This document shows positions 14,878 through 15,389 of a DNA stretch of 15,389 nt, piece after piece. The notes beneath the pieces are model-generated. The model was given only the letters and a program-made list of their open reading frames with translations, did not search any database and had not been told where the DNA came from. The stretch is from Candidatus Bathyarchaeota archaeon (lineage in GTDB: Archaea; Thermoproteota; Bathyarchaeia; Bathyarchaeales; Bathyarchaeaceae). Numbering within the stretch: position 1 is the stretch's first letter; the number at the start of each line of letters is the position of its first letter. Where the stretch lies: NCBI GenBank assembly GCA_963697165.1, contig CAVOMX010000013.1, positions 1-15,389 on the forward strand, read 5' to 3'. The position numbers and the translations under genes are program-made.

Positions 14878-15389
14878 TTAAGTTTCTTTTGTCATTTTCT
14901 TTGCGAGATTGTAGATTACTGGAACAAGCATTATTCCCATAGCTATAGCGAAAGCCCATGAAATGTTGGCGATTACGTTTGTTACTCCTTCAAATGTTGC
15001 GAAGATTGCTCCAGCTCCGATAACCAAGAAAATGCTGTATAAGACAAATTTTGCGTATCCTGCAACTGGAACTGAACTCTTTGTGATCGAGCTATTGATT
15101 TGATTAAGCCATCAGTTAGAGCGATTCCTGCACCAATAATAACGAAGCCTAGAATCAGCGAGTAAACAAGATCTCCTGAGAGTAACATAAGGTCAAGAGC
15201 CATCAGCAAGATTACGGCTACTAAACCGATTTGTAAAAGATTTTTGAGCATGTCAGCGATTTCAGATTTAGCTGCTGGAAAGACTGGTTTCAATGTGTTA
15301 CCAATTAAGGTTGCTAAGAAGCCAACAAGAACTGTTCCCAAGACGATTATTACGATTCCACCCAATAGCCTAGGCAAATAACCTGCGAT
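14878..15389 (-). CDS. Multi-pass membrane protein (TM-helix repeat, MscS/CmpX-associated-like), 5' partial, frameshifted at ~15070-15090
   Basis: IAGYLPRLLGGIVIIVLG... After the shift it continues as PVAGYAKFVLYSIFLVIGAGAIF...ISWAFAIAMGIMLVPVIYNLAKKMTKET* (TAA 14878-14880). The track's C-terminus ending at 14982 is out of frame. Confidence 0.72.

Noticed and set aside
1..15389. CRISPR array, tRNA, rRNA, transposase or integrase
   Set aside because: No regularly spaced repeats, cloverleaf or rRNA-like sequence, or recombinase motifs were seen.

Overview
Archaeal chromosomal segment. Alba, DUF2095, NurA/HerA and GGAGGTG ribosome-binding sites support this; a Bathyarchaeia-like origin is an inference. 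From 1 to 7076 it is mostly housekeeping-type: an RNase J-like metallo-beta-lactamase (partial), a stand-alone PurH IMP-cyclohydrolase domain, alba, DUF2095, a doubly frameshifted nucleotidyltransferase, a 45-aa CxxC-x17-CxxC protein missed by the ORF track, and a nurA-herA pair divergent from a wHTH gene. A perfect 16-bp palindrome between nurA and the wHTH gene is the centre of a strong mirror-image GT/AC strand skew. A decayed wHTH pseudogene follows (7100-7353). The most notable system is a self-contained four-gene operon (10974 to 7637): one double-cubane-like HgdD-family reductase, a heterodimeric BzdP/BzdQ-like ATP-dependent activator and a BzdM-like ferredoxin, with no BzdN/BzdO pair. 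The AT-rich right end holds accessory genes, four of which lie between two ~81-bp direct repeats, with three copies of an A6G5A motif. All calls come from reading and motif recognition; no database searches were run.
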